Below, in pieces: positions 19,047-28,800 of a stretch of DNA of 59,520 nt. A program made the position numbers and the translations under genes. The DNA is from a virus (lineage: Duplodnaviria > Caudoviricetes): positions 1-59,520 of the IMG/VR virus record IMGVR_UViG_3300024265_001017. The stretch is one strand, 5' to 3'. Position 1 is the stretch's first letter, and each line of letters starts with the position of its first letter. The notes beneath the pieces were generated by a model. It did no database searches. It was not told the DNA's origin and was given only the letters and a program-made list of their open reading frames with translations.

Positions 19047-19259
19047 TCACTTTATGGCTCCAATCATTAGGTTGACGGTCAGGACTACAGACGACAACAG
19101 AGCGGTAAACAAAGCTCCCATCATCCAGTTACGGAGGCTATCAAGCTTCTGCTCGATATGTGGCAGATGGTTGGTCTTTATCTCAAGGATATCTTTAGCC
19201 ATTTCCTCTTGGTATGTCTCCAAGATGGCGACTCGTTCCTTTACAGTTATCTCAGCCAT
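19047..19259 (-). CDS. XhlA-like/holin-like protein
   Basis: N-terminal coiled coil (ERVAILE...IEQKLD) plus one C-terminal TM helix; GAGGAGG RBS; lies after the tail-fibre genes. Confidence 0.65.
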   Translation of the reverse strand: MAEITVKERVAILETYQEEMAKDILEIKTNHLPHIEQKLDSLRNWMMGALFTALLSSVVLTVNLMIGAIK

Positions 19260-19512
19260 CAGTTGTTTCCTCCTCAACCCTATCTGTGTGACCGTCATGG
19301 TATCCTTTTTCGTATCCCGCGTCAAACCCCTCACCGTGTCCTAATGTGAACCCGTCCTGGCGAGCGGAATCTACCAGCTCAGTCAATTCATCGGATTTTA
19401 AGCTTACGCTTTCCCAAAAAGTGGCTTGCTTAGTTGAAGGCAGTAATTCCGCCGCTGCCGTTATGACTTCATTTAGTACCTCAACTGGTGCTTTTCCGCT
19501 TGCCTTTTCCAT
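19252..19512 (-). CDS. hypothetical protein
   Basis: AAGGAG RBS; G...G...GY..GY repeats. Confidence 0.65.
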   Translation of the reverse strand: MEKASGKAPVEVLNEVITAAAELLPSTKQATFWESVSLKSDELTELVDSARQDGFTLGHGEGFDAGYEKGYHDGHTDRVEEETTDG

Positions 19513-19524
19513 GCTTGCTCTCCT

Positions 19525-20232
19525 TTATGATGTTCTTTGTATAAAGCACAATTCATAATACAGTGGCCGGTTGTTGAATGCTGTACCGCTACCCGTAAAA
19601 CCAACCGTTATAACGTGACTATGGTTACTAGCCGAGCTTGTGGTGTGCGAGTGATTACCACTGCTCATAACGGGGTCACCACCCGACCACTCACTGCTAG
19701 CGCCCTGTCTGGGGCCAGCTCTTGATACTCCCGTAGCGAATGTGGTATCTTTCTTGATTGCATGATTGTGGATTCCTTGGCTGTCTGTAGTGTGGAAGTG
19801 ACCGCCTGTACTGTTACTGCCCCCCGTGTGATTATGAGAGGGCAGATTAGCGGTAACCAGAGTAAGCGCGTGTGTTCCGCCCGTAGTCCCAGGATTCTCT
19901 GAACCACTTGTAGCACAAATAAATCTATCTTGGAGGTTTGGCGTTCCGCCGCTGCCATTGCAGATTGAGAACCCGCTTGGTATGGAGGCATACGTGCCAC
20001 CCCACATGATGATAGCGCCAATAGGCAAACGCCCAAGTTCTATCTCAGTCAACCTATCAGCTACATCTGCTTCACTACCGGCTGGATTGATACCAAGCTC
20101 CGTTTCAATAGCCTCTATTTCATCATAAGCGTCATTAACGTCCGCCGCATCGAGGCTGTATTCATCTATGACGGGCGAGCCGGTATTCACTTGTGGTGTA
20201 AAAGATGTTATACTTCCTGGGAAATCTGCCAT
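19525..20232 (-). CDS. tail fibre/baseplate protein with collar domain
   Basis: PIGAIIMW.G...PSGF.ICNG..GTPNL.DRF and HxH repeats. Confidence 0.8.
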   Translation of the reverse strand: MADFPGSITSFTPQVNTGSPVIDEYSLDAADVNDAYDEIEAIETELGINPAGSEADVADRLTEIELGRLPIGAIIMWGGTYASIPSGFSICNGSGGTPNLQDRFICATSGSENPGTTGGTHALTLVTANLPSHNHTGGSNSTGGHFHTTDSQGIHNHAIKKDTTFATGVSRAGPRQGASSEWSGGDPVMSSGNHSHTTSSASNHSHVITVGFTGSGTAFNNRPLYYELCFIQRTS

Positions 20233-20254
20233 CTGTTTCTCCTCCTAATCATTT

Positions 20255-20265
20255 ATTATACCACA
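20255..20265 (-). promoter_or_regulatory. extended -10 promoter
   Basis: TGTGGTATAAT upstream of an AGGAGG RBS. Confidence 0.5.
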
Positions 20266-20266
20266 T

Positions 20267-22198
20267 TTAAGCGGTTCGTTTCCACATGTAGACAACTACA
20301 TACGGTTGCAAGTTGGTATGAGCATCCCCACTACCTGTCGTTTGATTGACAGCTGCGGTCGTTTGGTTGCCCGCTGTTTCTGCTTGGTTGGTGGGTGTTG
20401 CATTTGTGATAGTTATACCCACGGTGTTTGTTCTAACATCGTTGGTAAGTCCTGTAGCTGCCCAAGTCAATTTATACTGACTACCACCACTATTTAGCGA
20501 TAAGTATTTACCGTTTCCACTATAAACGACTGCCGTGTGTTGGTGAGCAGTGTTCGCATGGGTATGCGCGTTTTGCGTATGGTTATGGCTGTTCTGAGTA
20601 TGACCATGTGCATCTTGCGTATGCCCGTGTGTAGCTAGCTCTGCGATTGACAGAGCGTGTTCTTTGACACCACCAGTATCCGATAAGTCATCAAAGTCTG
20701 TATCACCGCCAGCATCCAGGCCAATCAAAACTTTTCCCTGACCAAAGGCTGTCCAAGTACCAAACCCAAGCATTGCTGGGTCAGATGGATTAGTGGCAAC
20801 CCCCGCGTTGATATAGATAGAGCCTACGGGGTAAGCAGCCTCTCGGTGCATTGATTCGTCTGATGTGTGGTCAAGAAAATCAAAGAGTGATATATTCCAG
20901 GGCTGGATAACGGCTCCCTCTTGGAGCAGTATAGCATCGAGCCAGAACTTGCCGACTGTTGGCGAGGCAGCTTGCCCAATAAGCACCTCTATGTCCACCT
21001 CAGTAGCAGCGCCCGTATTGAACGTGGTTGTTATCTCCCTTGCCCATGTCTCATTTGACCCCCATAGCATCTCAGAGGTTACTTTTTCAGTCACACCGTC
21101 CATCACTCGAATGATAGTTCCGCGCTCGCCGTCGCCTGCTTCTGAACCCTCGCCATACTCAGTAGCATCACCATACTCTATACCCGAGCCAAACATGGGG
21201 TCACTACCAAGCTTGTCACTCCGCCAATAGAATGACAGTGCATAGTCGGTGTTCGGTTGGACGGCCACTGTTTGAGTGGTTTTGGCATCGGTTGAAGAGT
21301 CGTGATAACAATATAAACAGCGTGTGCCGTAGCGGTGTTGGGTGTCGTCAGTTGTTATATTAGCAGGCGTAGACCCAGCTTTTGTCCAGTAGGAGGGGTC
21401 ACTGGTTCCAATATCCAAGCGCTCAAAAGAAGAGTTGACGATAGGGTTATTCGAGCCGGGCATAACGCCCCTGATAATACCATCAGCAACCAGACCATCT
21501 TTGTCAATTATAACGGCCTCGTCTTTGTCACGTATCTCAAGCGCTCCCTTTATAATCTTGATAAGCTTACCGTCTGGGTCGTCAGCGTCTATTATAACCT
21601 GCTTCGAGCCATCGACTGAGGAGGTAACTGATATTCCGTTGGAATCAAGCACTGTGTTATTACTCTGACTTTTGATGGTTACTTCATCAGCATCTAAGAT
21701 ACCGGCACTTATTTTTCCAGCTTCGAGAAAAGCAATGTAATCGCCTGACACGCTGGGTGGCACTCCGTAAAGAGAAGTCACCATACCATTTTCTATGACA
21801 ACAACCTCACCCTCTGTTTCATCTCTGGTGCCGTCCTCTATCAAAGACCACACCCCACTGCTAACTGGGACTTCAATGTCTCCACTACCGGGCAAGAATG
21901 TGGTTGCCATCTTTACTTCCACTAGTGGGTATAGCTGGACTATGTTTTCATCTATCGTATAGTCATTGACAAGCTCCACACCAAGCTCTAAGTAAGGCTC
22001 CACAAACTCGTCGGTGTCAAAGACTGTAATGTAGGGAGTCACTTCTCTATCCTCTGACCATATGGTTCCTATTGATAATACTCCCTCGTCACCAAAAATG
22101 GAAATATCATCCACATACAGTTGTAGTCCGTCTGTATAGTTTTGCGATAGCTCGCTTCCTATAATTTGGGTCGAGACATTAACAAGCACTCCGTTCAT
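20267..22198 (-). CDS. tail fibre/baseplate protein (CBM-like domain + T4 gp10 C-terminal-like region)
   Basis: N.I.NSSFE...W CBM-like segment; YPVGSIYI...NP...GFGTW..FGQGKVLIG; HxH repeats; NLQPY.VVYMWKRTA. Confidence 0.8.
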   Translation of the reverse strand: MNGVLVNVSTQIIGSELSQNYTDGLQLYVDDISIFGDEGVLSIGTIWSEDREVTPYITVFDTDEFVEPYLELGVELVNDYTIDENIVQLYPLVEVKMATTFLPGSGDIEVPVSSGVWSLIEDGTRDETEGEVVVIENGMVTSLYGVPPSVSGDYIAFLEAGKISAGILDADEVTIKSQSNNTVLDSNGISVTSSVDGSKQVIIDADDPDGKLIKIIKGALEIRDKDEAVIIDKDGLVADGIIRGVMPGSNNPIVNSSFERLDIGTSDPSYWTKAGSTPANITTDDTQHRYGTRCLYCYHDSSTDAKTTQTVAVQPNTDYALSFYWRSDKLGSDPMFGSGIEYGDATEYGEGSEAGDGERGTIIRVMDGVTEKVTSEMLWGSNETWAREITTTFNTGAATEVDIEVLIGQAASPTVGKFWLDAILLQEGAVIQPWNISLFDFLDHTSDESMHREAAYPVGSIYINAGVATNPSDPAMLGFGTWTAFGQGKVLIGLDAGGDTDFDDLSDTGGVKEHALSIAELATHGHTQDAHGHTQNSHNHTQNAHTHANTAHQHTAVVYSGNGKYLSLNSGGSQYKLTWAATGLTNDVRTNTVGITITNATPTNQAETAGNQTTAAVNQTTGSGDAHTNLQPYVVVYMWKRTA

Positions 22199-23472
22199 TA
22201 GCGTTTCACCTTCCTTGCTCCCAGATTCAGTAAGCGGTGTGCTTTCCTTTTCCGGCTAGAGGTTATTGACTGTGCTGCATCTGTGGTTAATGGGATAGTA
22301 AATGCTTTTGCCGGGACAGTGTAGTATTCGTCGCCACCGGGATTAGCAACCTGTATGTAGTCTCCCACTTCCAGGCGCGGCTCTGTAAACGTATCAACCG
22401 ATATTGTAAGCTCGGCTACCTGCTTGTCCTTTAAGAGTTTTTTTGCTAGAGCATCGGCAGCTTTTTTGCTTGTAGCCTCACTCTCCGAAAATTCCTCACA
22501 TATGAGCCACTTCAAATCTTCTGGTCTGTAAGGAGCATAAGCGGTAGCTTCTCCCCTTATCTGTGCTTTACCTTCTGGCTGAGCGCCCCATACAACAATT
22601 CGATTAACAAAGTTTGTCAGCTCCGCAATCGTTTCTGGCAGTCCAATAACATTAGCCTCACTCTTTGTGAACTTAGCAACTGGTGAATAGGACTGCTTAT
22701 GAAGATGGAATCGAAAATTGGAATCGAAACGAGCAACATATCCGCCTGCCCCGTTCGCCAAACGTTTGATGGCTTGCCAAGGGGTAATTACTATACCCTC
22801 TTTACGACCGGCATTATCTTCTATAATTTCTGACCCATAGTAAAAGGGCTTTAATAGCTGTCCAGGGGTCGTTTGTACTTCTGGCGTATGTGGGCCTGTC
22901 TCGCCTGGATGGGGCCATGTGTACTGGTCTCCTGACCCCCAAAGCTCATAGTCATAGTTGTTAAGGATTTGTCGTACACCCGTCGAGTGCTTGGCACCCC
23001 TCTGGATTTTCATAACAACCCCTAGTGGATACATATAGCGCTGCTCGAAACCAAAAGCGGTTATTGTGACTATAGACGAGTCTTGTTCTGACTTTCGTAT
23101 GCTTCCCGGTACAACAAGCCCAGCGAATACCGGAATAGATATCCAGCCGCCGTCTTGATGGTCATAAGCATCTGAGTCTAGTTCTTTCACGTATATCTCA
23201 TAGAACGCTTGATAAAGGTCATTTAGCCAGAGGTCTCCCGGTGAGAGAGTGGTCTTTGGCCTGACAATTGTAATCTCTAAACGTCTGTGGGGGTCGCTGT
23301 CTACATCTACAGTAACCAAGCCCGTGATTAACTCTGTCCATTTCTCTTTGACTTGTCCCGTAATTCCATCGTAGACCATCACGCGGGGGCGCATCAGTTG
23401 ATTTGGGGCAATCAGAGCAGCATCCAGACTGTCCATTATATAGTCATCGTATTGTCGGGATAGGTTTATCAC
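22198..23472 (-). CDS. minor tail / baseplate hub protein
   Basis: Position after the tape-measure module; NRIVV.G and P.LEVGD.I motifs. Confidence 0.7.
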   Translation of the reverse strand: MINLSRQYDDYIMDSLDAALIAPNQLMRPRVMVYDGITGQVKEKWTELITGLVTVDVDSDPHRRLEITIVRPKTTLSPGDLWLNDLYQAFYEIYVKELDSDAYDHQDGGWISIPVFAGLVVPGSIRKSEQDSSIVTITAFGFEQRYMYPLGVVMKIQRGAKHSTGVRQILNNYDYELWGSGDQYTWPHPGETGPHTPEVQTTPGQLLKPFYYGSEIIEDNAGRKEGIVITPWQAIKRLANGAGGYVARFDSNFRFHLHKQSYSPVAKFTKSEANVIGLPETIAELTNFVNRIVVWGAQPEGKAQIRGEATAYAPYRPEDLKWLICEEFSESEATSKKAADALAKKLLKDKQVAELTISVDTFTEPRLEVGDYIQVANPGGDEYYTVPAKAFTIPLTTDAAQSITSSRKRKAHRLLNLGARKVKR

Positions 23473-25859
23473 TTCGGCCAGCCTACTTCATAGAGAGTGA
23501 CCTGTACTTCATAATAGCGTCTGCCGTGTAGCTCTTTAATCTCTGACAGTTTCGGGTTCTTACCAAGTGCCACTCTAGTAATCATACCCTTAGAGGATGA
23601 CAAAGAGCAGATAAGGTTTCGTTTAATCATCTGTTCCAGTGCTTTAATCAGCCCCTCTTCGGCTCTTATGTAGGCGCTTATCGTTATCTTTTTAGCTACT
23701 GTGGGAGTACGGACAACGCTAAACTGTCCACCGAACGGATGATAAAAGGGTTCTCCCAGTTCGTCATATTCTATGTCCGCTACGGTCACATGTTTAGTAA
23801 ACGGTATTATCAGATTGTGGTCTTCCTCTGCCATGAGCCAATAGCCTTCGGTTGGTACGTTGATAGTCTCAATCATGCCCTGAATGTTGGCATAAAAGTA
23901 GTCTATGTCTACATCGTCTGTATCGTTGCCCGAATAGAAGACCAAGCTAACGCCTGTATCGTCTGTAATCTCCGCCTCGAAAGAATAGGACGACCACTCC
24001 TCTGTTAGCGCTAAGTCAGTATAGCCATATATGGTTCCTGGGGCACCTGTCATTCGGATGACTGCTTGAGCAACCCGGTTGCCTTCCCGCGACCTAGCGC
24101 GTACATACGCCTTAAACGTAGTGCCGACTTGCACTGCATTGAGGGGCTGTATAATATAACAATGCCCTTGGTGACTACCACCGTTGGTGATGTTTTGTCG
24201 CATATAATACCCGCCGACTGCACCATACTCTTTCTCGCGTGTCAAGGTACAGGCTGCTCCCCCAGTTAGCTCAAGCACCCAGACAGCATCGTAGGGTTGT
24301 TGGTTCATGTAGGGGTTTTGTGTCCTACCAGACGAGCTTTTATTATTGACGACCGCATGAATAGCGTACTCACTTGTGACACCGCCAGGTGCTAAGTCGT
24401 ACATATGATAAGCAGCTCCGCCATACCAAGCACCGAAGTCAGAGGGTGGCCCACTATCTATCAAGCGCCAGTCAGTGTCATCATAGTCGTGGTCTTTTCG
24501 ATAGATTTTGAATCTATCTGGCGCTGCTAGTTTATCCCATTCCAAGTGAACAATGGGTGCGTTACCATGCTCTGATACTTGAGAGGGCGTTTCTTGTGTC
24601 AACGTCAGGTCGGTCACGGGTGTTATAGTGAGGTCTGGATTGATACGCCACTCGTTTCTATCAAAAGAATATGCCGGGTCAAAGGCATCAATGTCCCGTT
24701 CCATAGAATCATAACAACGCACAATTTGGACATAGGTTTGACCAATGACAAGCGCATCGTCGGGCACCTGTACAAAAGCATTGGCAGATGTAACAATGCC
24801 TGTACCCCAACCATCTACCCACTTGTTAAGTGAGTTGCTGTAGTATGGGGGTACAAACTTGCCTTCTGCTACATTGTATCTAGCAACCGTTACCCAGTAC
24901 TTCGTTTGAAGACCGCCCTCACCGGGGATGTAGTCCCAAGTAAGCAAGGGGCTAACATCGGACGTAGTATCGCCTGCTACGTGAGTAATAGTTATGTCTG
25001 CTTTGGTAGCTATGCGAAACTCTATAGTATTCGACCAGGGACTTCTTATACCACTACCACTTAGAAAGTTGACACGCCAATAGTATGTTTTATCACTATC
25101 CAGGGCAGCGAACTCTGCGCCGGGTCTGTAGTCAATACGTTTCGGCCAAGTGCCTCCAGTATAGTCAGGCACAACACTTACATCTCGAATAGATGGGGAG
25201 AACTGAGCATTCTCCGCAACCTGTATCCTGATACCAGCTACCTCTTTCCCACCCGAGCTAGCGGTAAATCTTGGCTTGGTTAGCGAGCGAGTATCGGATG
25301 GCGCTAAGTTAAACGGGGCAGATGGTTCCACGCCCCACTCCCAATACATTCTCGGAAGTCTCGGCACTGATGTTCCGATATCGTACTCACTGAAAAAATA
25401 TAGATTGGCAGCGTTGATATTTGTATAGATACGAAACCCATAGTACTTCCAACCATAAGCAGCCGCTATGTCGAACATTGGCCCTAAATCGAACTCATGG
25501 TTATAGCCCTCTTGTTGGCCTGTTATGGCAAAGGACATTAAGGCAGATGCTTCCCCACGAACGTTCGGTGCTGTATTCCAAGTAACCCCCGGCTCTTGAA
25601 ACGGAGCAGCAAGCATTTGGAAGTAGATATTGCCAGAGTTAGTCCAAGCGCCCTTCTGAGTAAGACGGCAAATAGCTGTTACTACTTTGTTGTCGGGGTT
25701 GGCAGTGCCAGCTGGCCTTGTTGGGCGCAGATAGATAAAAGCATGATAGCCTGTAGTGTCCCTCATTTGGAGGTATTTGCGTTGATTCAAATTTGTGTTG
25801 GGCCACTCTTGCCTAACACATGTATCAATAGTTATATTTGACCAACCAGCTCGTTGCAT
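23469..25859 (-). CDS. minor tail protein with Ig/Fn3 and CBM-like domains
   Basis: DT.V....PNTN start, P.AP.NL.P, TYYWRV...SPWS; directly after the tape measure. Confidence 0.7.
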   Translation of the reverse strand: MQRAGWSNITIDTCVRQEWPNTNLNQRKYLQMRDTTGYHAFIYLRPTRPAGTANPDNKVVTAICRLTQKGAWTNSGNIYFQMLAAPFQEPGVTWNTAPNVRGEASALMSFAITGQQEGYNHEFDLGPMFDIAAAYGWKYYGFRIYTNINAANLYFFSEYDIGTSVPRLPRMYWEWGVEPSAPFNLAPSDTRSLTKPRFTASSGGKEVAGIRIQVAENAQFSPSIRDVSVVPDYTGGTWPKRIDYRPGAEFAALDSDKTYYWRVNFLSGSGIRSPWSNTIEFRIATKADITITHVAGDTTSDVSPLLTWDYIPGEGGLQTKYWVTVARYNVAEGKFVPPYYSNSLNKWVDGWGTGIVTSANAFVQVPDDALVIGQTYVQIVRCYDSMERDIDAFDPAYSFDRNEWRINPDLTITPVTDLTLTQETPSQVSEHGNAPIVHLEWDKLAAPDRFKIYRKDHDYDDTDWRLIDSGPPSDFGAWYGGAAYHMYDLAPGGVTSEYAIHAVVNNKSSSGRTQNPYMNQQPYDAVWVLELTGGAACTLTREKEYGAVGGYYMRQNITNGGSHQGHCYIIQPLNAVQVGTTFKAYVRARSREGNRVAQAVIRMTGAPGTIYGYTDLALTEEWSSYSFEAEITDDTGVSLVFYSGNDTDDVDIDYFYANIQGMIETINVPTEGYWLMAEEDHNLIIPFTKHVTVADIEYDELGEPFYHPFGGQFSVVRTPTVAKKITISAYIRAEEGLIKALEQMIKRNLICSLSSSKGMITRVALGKNPKLSEIKELHGRRYYEVQVTLYEVGWPK

Positions 25860-28800
25860 TACTTAGCACTCCATTCATCTACGGCTATCGTTTTCTCAAC
25901 GTGCTTGTGTATTCCCTCGTCAACCACTTCTACGATACCATCTCTCAAGTTTGTAATCTTGAACGTGGTGCCTACTGGCATGGCAACCGTTACATTCTGT
26001 TGTTTATTATACGCTACTCCGGCACCTTGAGCAACCTCCCCAAGCGGCCTCGCTATGCCCGAGAACCAACGATTTTGTTGCATGGTCAGAACACGCTCGC
26101 CAGCATGAAGAGTAGCCGATACTGCGCCACCACCAGCATACCAGTTCTGCCTATCGTGAGCAGCAAGCGCGTTTGTTGCGTTGCCGTAGCGTTCGGTAAT
26201 GTATCTAAACCCACCCTCTAATTGTTGTTGAAATGTACTTTGACGACCTGCCGGTAGATACTTGCCTGGCCCCCAGTGCATATCTAGGAACTGAAACAAT
26301 CCCCAAGCAGTAGAGGTCGGGTTCTGAGCTTGTGGGTTGAAGTTCGATTCCCGTCTAATCAACTCATGGAGTGGAGCAAGCTGAGCGCCACCCTGTCCTC
26401 TAGCCGAGAAGTAAGCAGCAATTTGACCCCAAACATCTCCACCAGCTCCGCCACCAGGCGGCGGTTTAGGAGCCGCTAACTGTCTGATAAAGTCAGAGAT
26501 AGACCGTAGGGCAAAGTGTACGTGGTTAAAGTGATTACCGCCAACGTTTGTTTTCCACAGTGCTTGCCCGTGGGGAGTGTTCAAGACACCCGTGAATGGA
26601 GCATCTGCACCACCCAAGAGCTGAGAGACTTTAGCAGAAACCGCATCACTACCAGGAGCAATATCAATCGCTATTCCCTTGCCGTGGTCTCTCGGGTCGC
26701 CTGGTCGGAAACCAGAAGTGATTGAGTGACCACCACCTACCTGTGCCATTATCCATGCGAACAGTGCTTGCATAAGGGGTTGGCCTGGAACCAAATCGAC
26801 ACCAGCAAGTTGTCCACCGCCCCCTGGTGGCGCTGCCGGGCCTCCTGGTGCTTTCGGTTTCAAGTAGTTAGAAAGGGCATCGTATAATCCAGCTGAGTTA
26901 CTTATCCCCAGAAAGGAATCCAAAAATTCCCAGCGTTTGTGTTCGTTCATAAAGCTCAAGAGGTTCTGAGCAAAGCCCTTCATGCCCCCAAAGTTAGCTT
27001 CCATAATTCCCATCACTTGGTCGAACGACAAGCCCTTGAGCAGACCCCTAATCATCTGGGAGCCAATGTTTTCAAACTCTTTCGACGGTGACTTAATACC
27101 CAAGCGGTTCTTGACTGCGTTGATAAGTTTGGTAGCAAGCACTCGACCAGCATCCCCCATGTAGCCAGCGTTTAGCTTGAGTACGTTGGCAGCGTGTTTT
27201 GGCCAGCCTTTTAACCAAGAGGAGAGACCCATGACTTTTTTGGTCACGTTGTTTTTCATCTTAGTAAATTCTGGAACGAGCGCGTGTGATATATGCCGTG
27301 CTTTTTGTGAAAGCATAGCCTTCCGTTGCATACGTGGCACTCTTGCCAACCACTTGTTGAACTGTTTGAATATCTTGATAACCTGACGAGGGAGTGCCAG
27401 CACTATCTTGGTATCTTCTCTTACCATAGCTTTGAAGTGTTCCCGCATTATTTCACGGACGCGAGGCATGTCTAGCCCTTCAAGCAGGCCGACCCGCATG
27501 TTTACACCCATCCCACGGAAGACACTAGACGGTGACTTGATTCCCAGTTTCTTCTTGATGGAGTTAATGACAGCGCCACCAAATTGTTGAGCGCTCTTCT
27601 TGGCTCCCTTATTCAGTCCTTGCTTGAATCCACGCCCAGCATTACGACCAGCTTTCTTACCCTCTTTGCCGGTGCCTTTTGCGCCTTTCTTGAAACCCTT
27701 CTTCAAACCCCTACCAGCGTCACCGCCTGACTTTTCAGAACCAGACTTGCCACGATTGATAAATCCCCTTATCATGCCATCGGCAAGCTTTCGTCCTGCT
27801 TCCCACATATTGCGAACGTTCTTGAGTATAGTGTTTTTGAACCAACGCGGTATGTTGGCCAAGTAGTTATCGCTGAAATTCGTTACAACGTTCTTAAAGT
27901 TACGAACCGATGCCCGTACCGGCTCGATAAACATGTTTCTTATAAAGTGAGCGTTCAATAACATCATTGCTTTGTAGAACTCAGGGATGCCGGACAGCCA
28001 TCTACCAAGCGCCAAGTGAGCATTTTGGGTAGCGCGAACATGTGCATCCCAAGCTGGTTTTAAGCAAGTGACAATTGGTGCCGAATTGCTCTTCATAGCG
28101 AATGCTTGCTTAGCAGGAACACCCGATAGATAGCCTATGATACCGCCCTGTATTCTGCGAGTCTCAGACGCTTGCTTATTATGCCCTCGTTTGACCTCTT
28201 CTGTGTGCGCTCGGTGTGAGCGTCTTAGTATCGCACCAATCAAACCACCCTGAACGTTTGTTTCTTGAACGTCTTTAGTTCTGGCACGTTTACGAATACC
28301 ACCCATAGTCCGCTGGTGTTGCTTCTCGTCCGACTGCTCTTGCCGGTGTTGTTGTCTTCGACCTCTAGCGATAATCGCCCCAGCAAAGCCTTTCTTCTTA
28401 ACTTCTTCCTCAAAGCCCATCCTGTAGGCCATGCCAGCGTCTTTTCCGCCCTTTGCTTCAAGCGCTTTCGTCTTTTTATTACTGTCTTCAAACATGCGGT
28501 ATTTCTTTTTTTGGCCCTTTTTGTTCTCGTCGTTGTCTGACTGTGCAAACGCTTTACCAGCTGCCTTGCCCCCTTTAGCGCTCTTCTTCTCGCCCTCGTC
28601 CATAAACTCGTCCATCATAGCCATTTGGCCTTCCATCATGGCTTGGAGTATACTGGCAATTTGACGACCGCTATTCATAACCATATCCTTCATAGCGCCG
28701 CCTATCTCATTGGCACCGTCTGATATGTTTTTGACTCCCTCTGCCATAAGAGCCGCGTTGCCTGTAAAGAACCCGCGCATGATTTGAGCGACACCATAGA

